The notes under the pieces: generated by a model
The model's database searches: none
Seen by the model: only the letters and a program-made list of their open reading frames with translations
Told to the model about the DNA's origin: nothing
Assembly (NCBI GenBank): GCA_044867365.1
Contig: JBIOUT010000046.1
Span: 1 to 33,050, forward strand
DNA from: Candidatus Eiseniibacteriota bacterium
Lineage (GTDB): Bacteria; Eisenbacteria; RBG-16-71-46; CAVPCR01
Direction of reading: 5' to 3'
DNA length: 33,050 nt
Program-made: the position numbers and the translations under genes
In this document: positions 32,151 through 33,050 of the stretch, in pieces
Position numbering within the stretch: position 1 is the first letter of the stretch
How the letters are laid out: each line of letters opens with the position of its first letter

Positions 32151-33050
32151 GCATCGCCGACAGCAGAGCCCCCGCCAACCCCACCGCCGCTACGCTGGCG
32201 ATCGCGGTGGACTACGACCGCTTCCTCGACTGCGTTCACTGCGGCCTCTGCCTCGATGCTTGTCCGACCTATATGGAGCTCGGTGTCGAGCCGGACTCGC
32301 CGCGCGGGCGGATCCATCTCATGCGTGCGGTTGTGGACGGAAAGATCGCGATCGACTCGACGGTGGCCCGTCACCTCGATCTCTGTCTCGGCTGCCGAGC
32401 CTGCGAAACCGCTTGTCCCTCCGGGGTTCGTTACGGCTTGCTGATCGAGGCAGCGCGATCGACGGTGGAGGAACGGCATCGGCGTTCGCTCACCCAGCGG
32501 CTCCTGCGGCGTCTGGTCATCGAGGAGGTGCTTCCTCATCCTCGCCGCCTGGCACTCGCCATCGCACCGGTGCGGGTGCTCGACCGTCTGGGCCTGCGGG
32601 AGCCGATCGCTCGCCTCTTACCCGCCCCGCTCGGCCGACTTCTTCGCCTCCTCCCTGCTCCTCGTCCGGCTTCACCGCTTCCACGCTGCACTCGACCGTT
32701 CGAATCTCCGAGCGCCGCCGCCCATGGGGTATCTACGGCTGCGCCAGTCGAGAGGGTGGGTTTGCTTCGAGGCTGTGTGATGCCGGTTTTCTATCCCGAT
32801 ATCGCATCGGCCACCGCTCGTTTGCTCGCCGCCGCAGGTTTCGAGGTGGATGCACCGGAGAGCGGTTGTTGCGGGGCCTTGCACCTGCACGCCGGCGACC
32901 GCGAGGCCGCGCTCGCCGCCGCCCGGCGGACCGTCGATGCTTTCGTTCCGAATTTGCAGGCGATGCCCAGCCATGGGCCGCCATTGACCGCCATCGTCTC
33001 GAACGCGGCGGGTTGCGGGGCGATGATGCGCGAATACGGAGAGCTCCTGG
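32147..33050 (+). CDS. glcF: Glycolate oxidase iron-sulfur subunit GlcF, 5' portion (continues past the window end)
   Basis: Not in the ORF track because it has no stop in the window. My translation from ATG 32147 (ATGA overlap with the glcE stop): [97 protein letters not shown]... This gives two CxxCxxCxxxCP 4Fe-4S motifs, then a CCG-type region ([14 protein letters not shown]). Confidence 0.88.
   Translation, partial: [301 protein letters not shown]

Overview
GC-rich (by eye about two-thirds G+C, not computed) bacterial chromosomal window, densely coding on both strands. I call about 30 protein genes. I saw no rRNA, tRNA, CRISPR array, transposase or integrase. Many long ORFs in the track are antisense or alternative-frame shadows typical of high-GC DNA.

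Layout:
- 2-2305 (+): ppx/gppA tail, SirB1-like protein, CBS-pair protein.
- 2318-11719 (-): tightly packed five-gene module of ferritin-like diiron protein, ECF sigma factor, 1502-aa Ser/Thr kinase-pseudokinase-STAND NTPase-TPR protein, small secreted repeat protein, and a 1027-aa secreted S8 subtilase with a T9SS-type tail.
- 11795-17478 (+): lipoprotein, long divergent ThyX-like protein, 5'-nucleotidase::DUF1460 fusion lipoprotein, SRPBCC protein, GNAT.
- 17526-18626 (-): ygfZ-like gene.
- 18674-25990 (+): Rieske ferredoxin, degenerate receiver, alpha/beta hydrolase, fused TIGR03960/TIGR03936-type radical SAM protein, miaB, SDR, VIT1/CCC1 transporter.
- 25988-26059: four copies of an 18-bp tandem repeat that contains the stop codons of both convergent flanking genes.
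- 26053-29234 (-): Cys-rich secreted protein, class V aminotransferase, orphan type IV pilin-like gene overlapping a HAMP membrane protein.
- 29363-33050 (+): glcD, glcE and glcF. glcF runs off the window and is absent from the ORF track.

Best candidate for an undescribed system: the anti-sigma-less ECF sigma / giant STK-STAND-TPR module, bracketed by a diiron protein and a secreted protease pair. Second most unusual signal: three 20-nt-spaced copies of the glcD translation-initiation region, which form a chain of stop/start-overlapping mini-ORFs. The T9SS-like sorting tail hints at an FCB-superphylum relative such as Gemmatimonadota; this is inference only.
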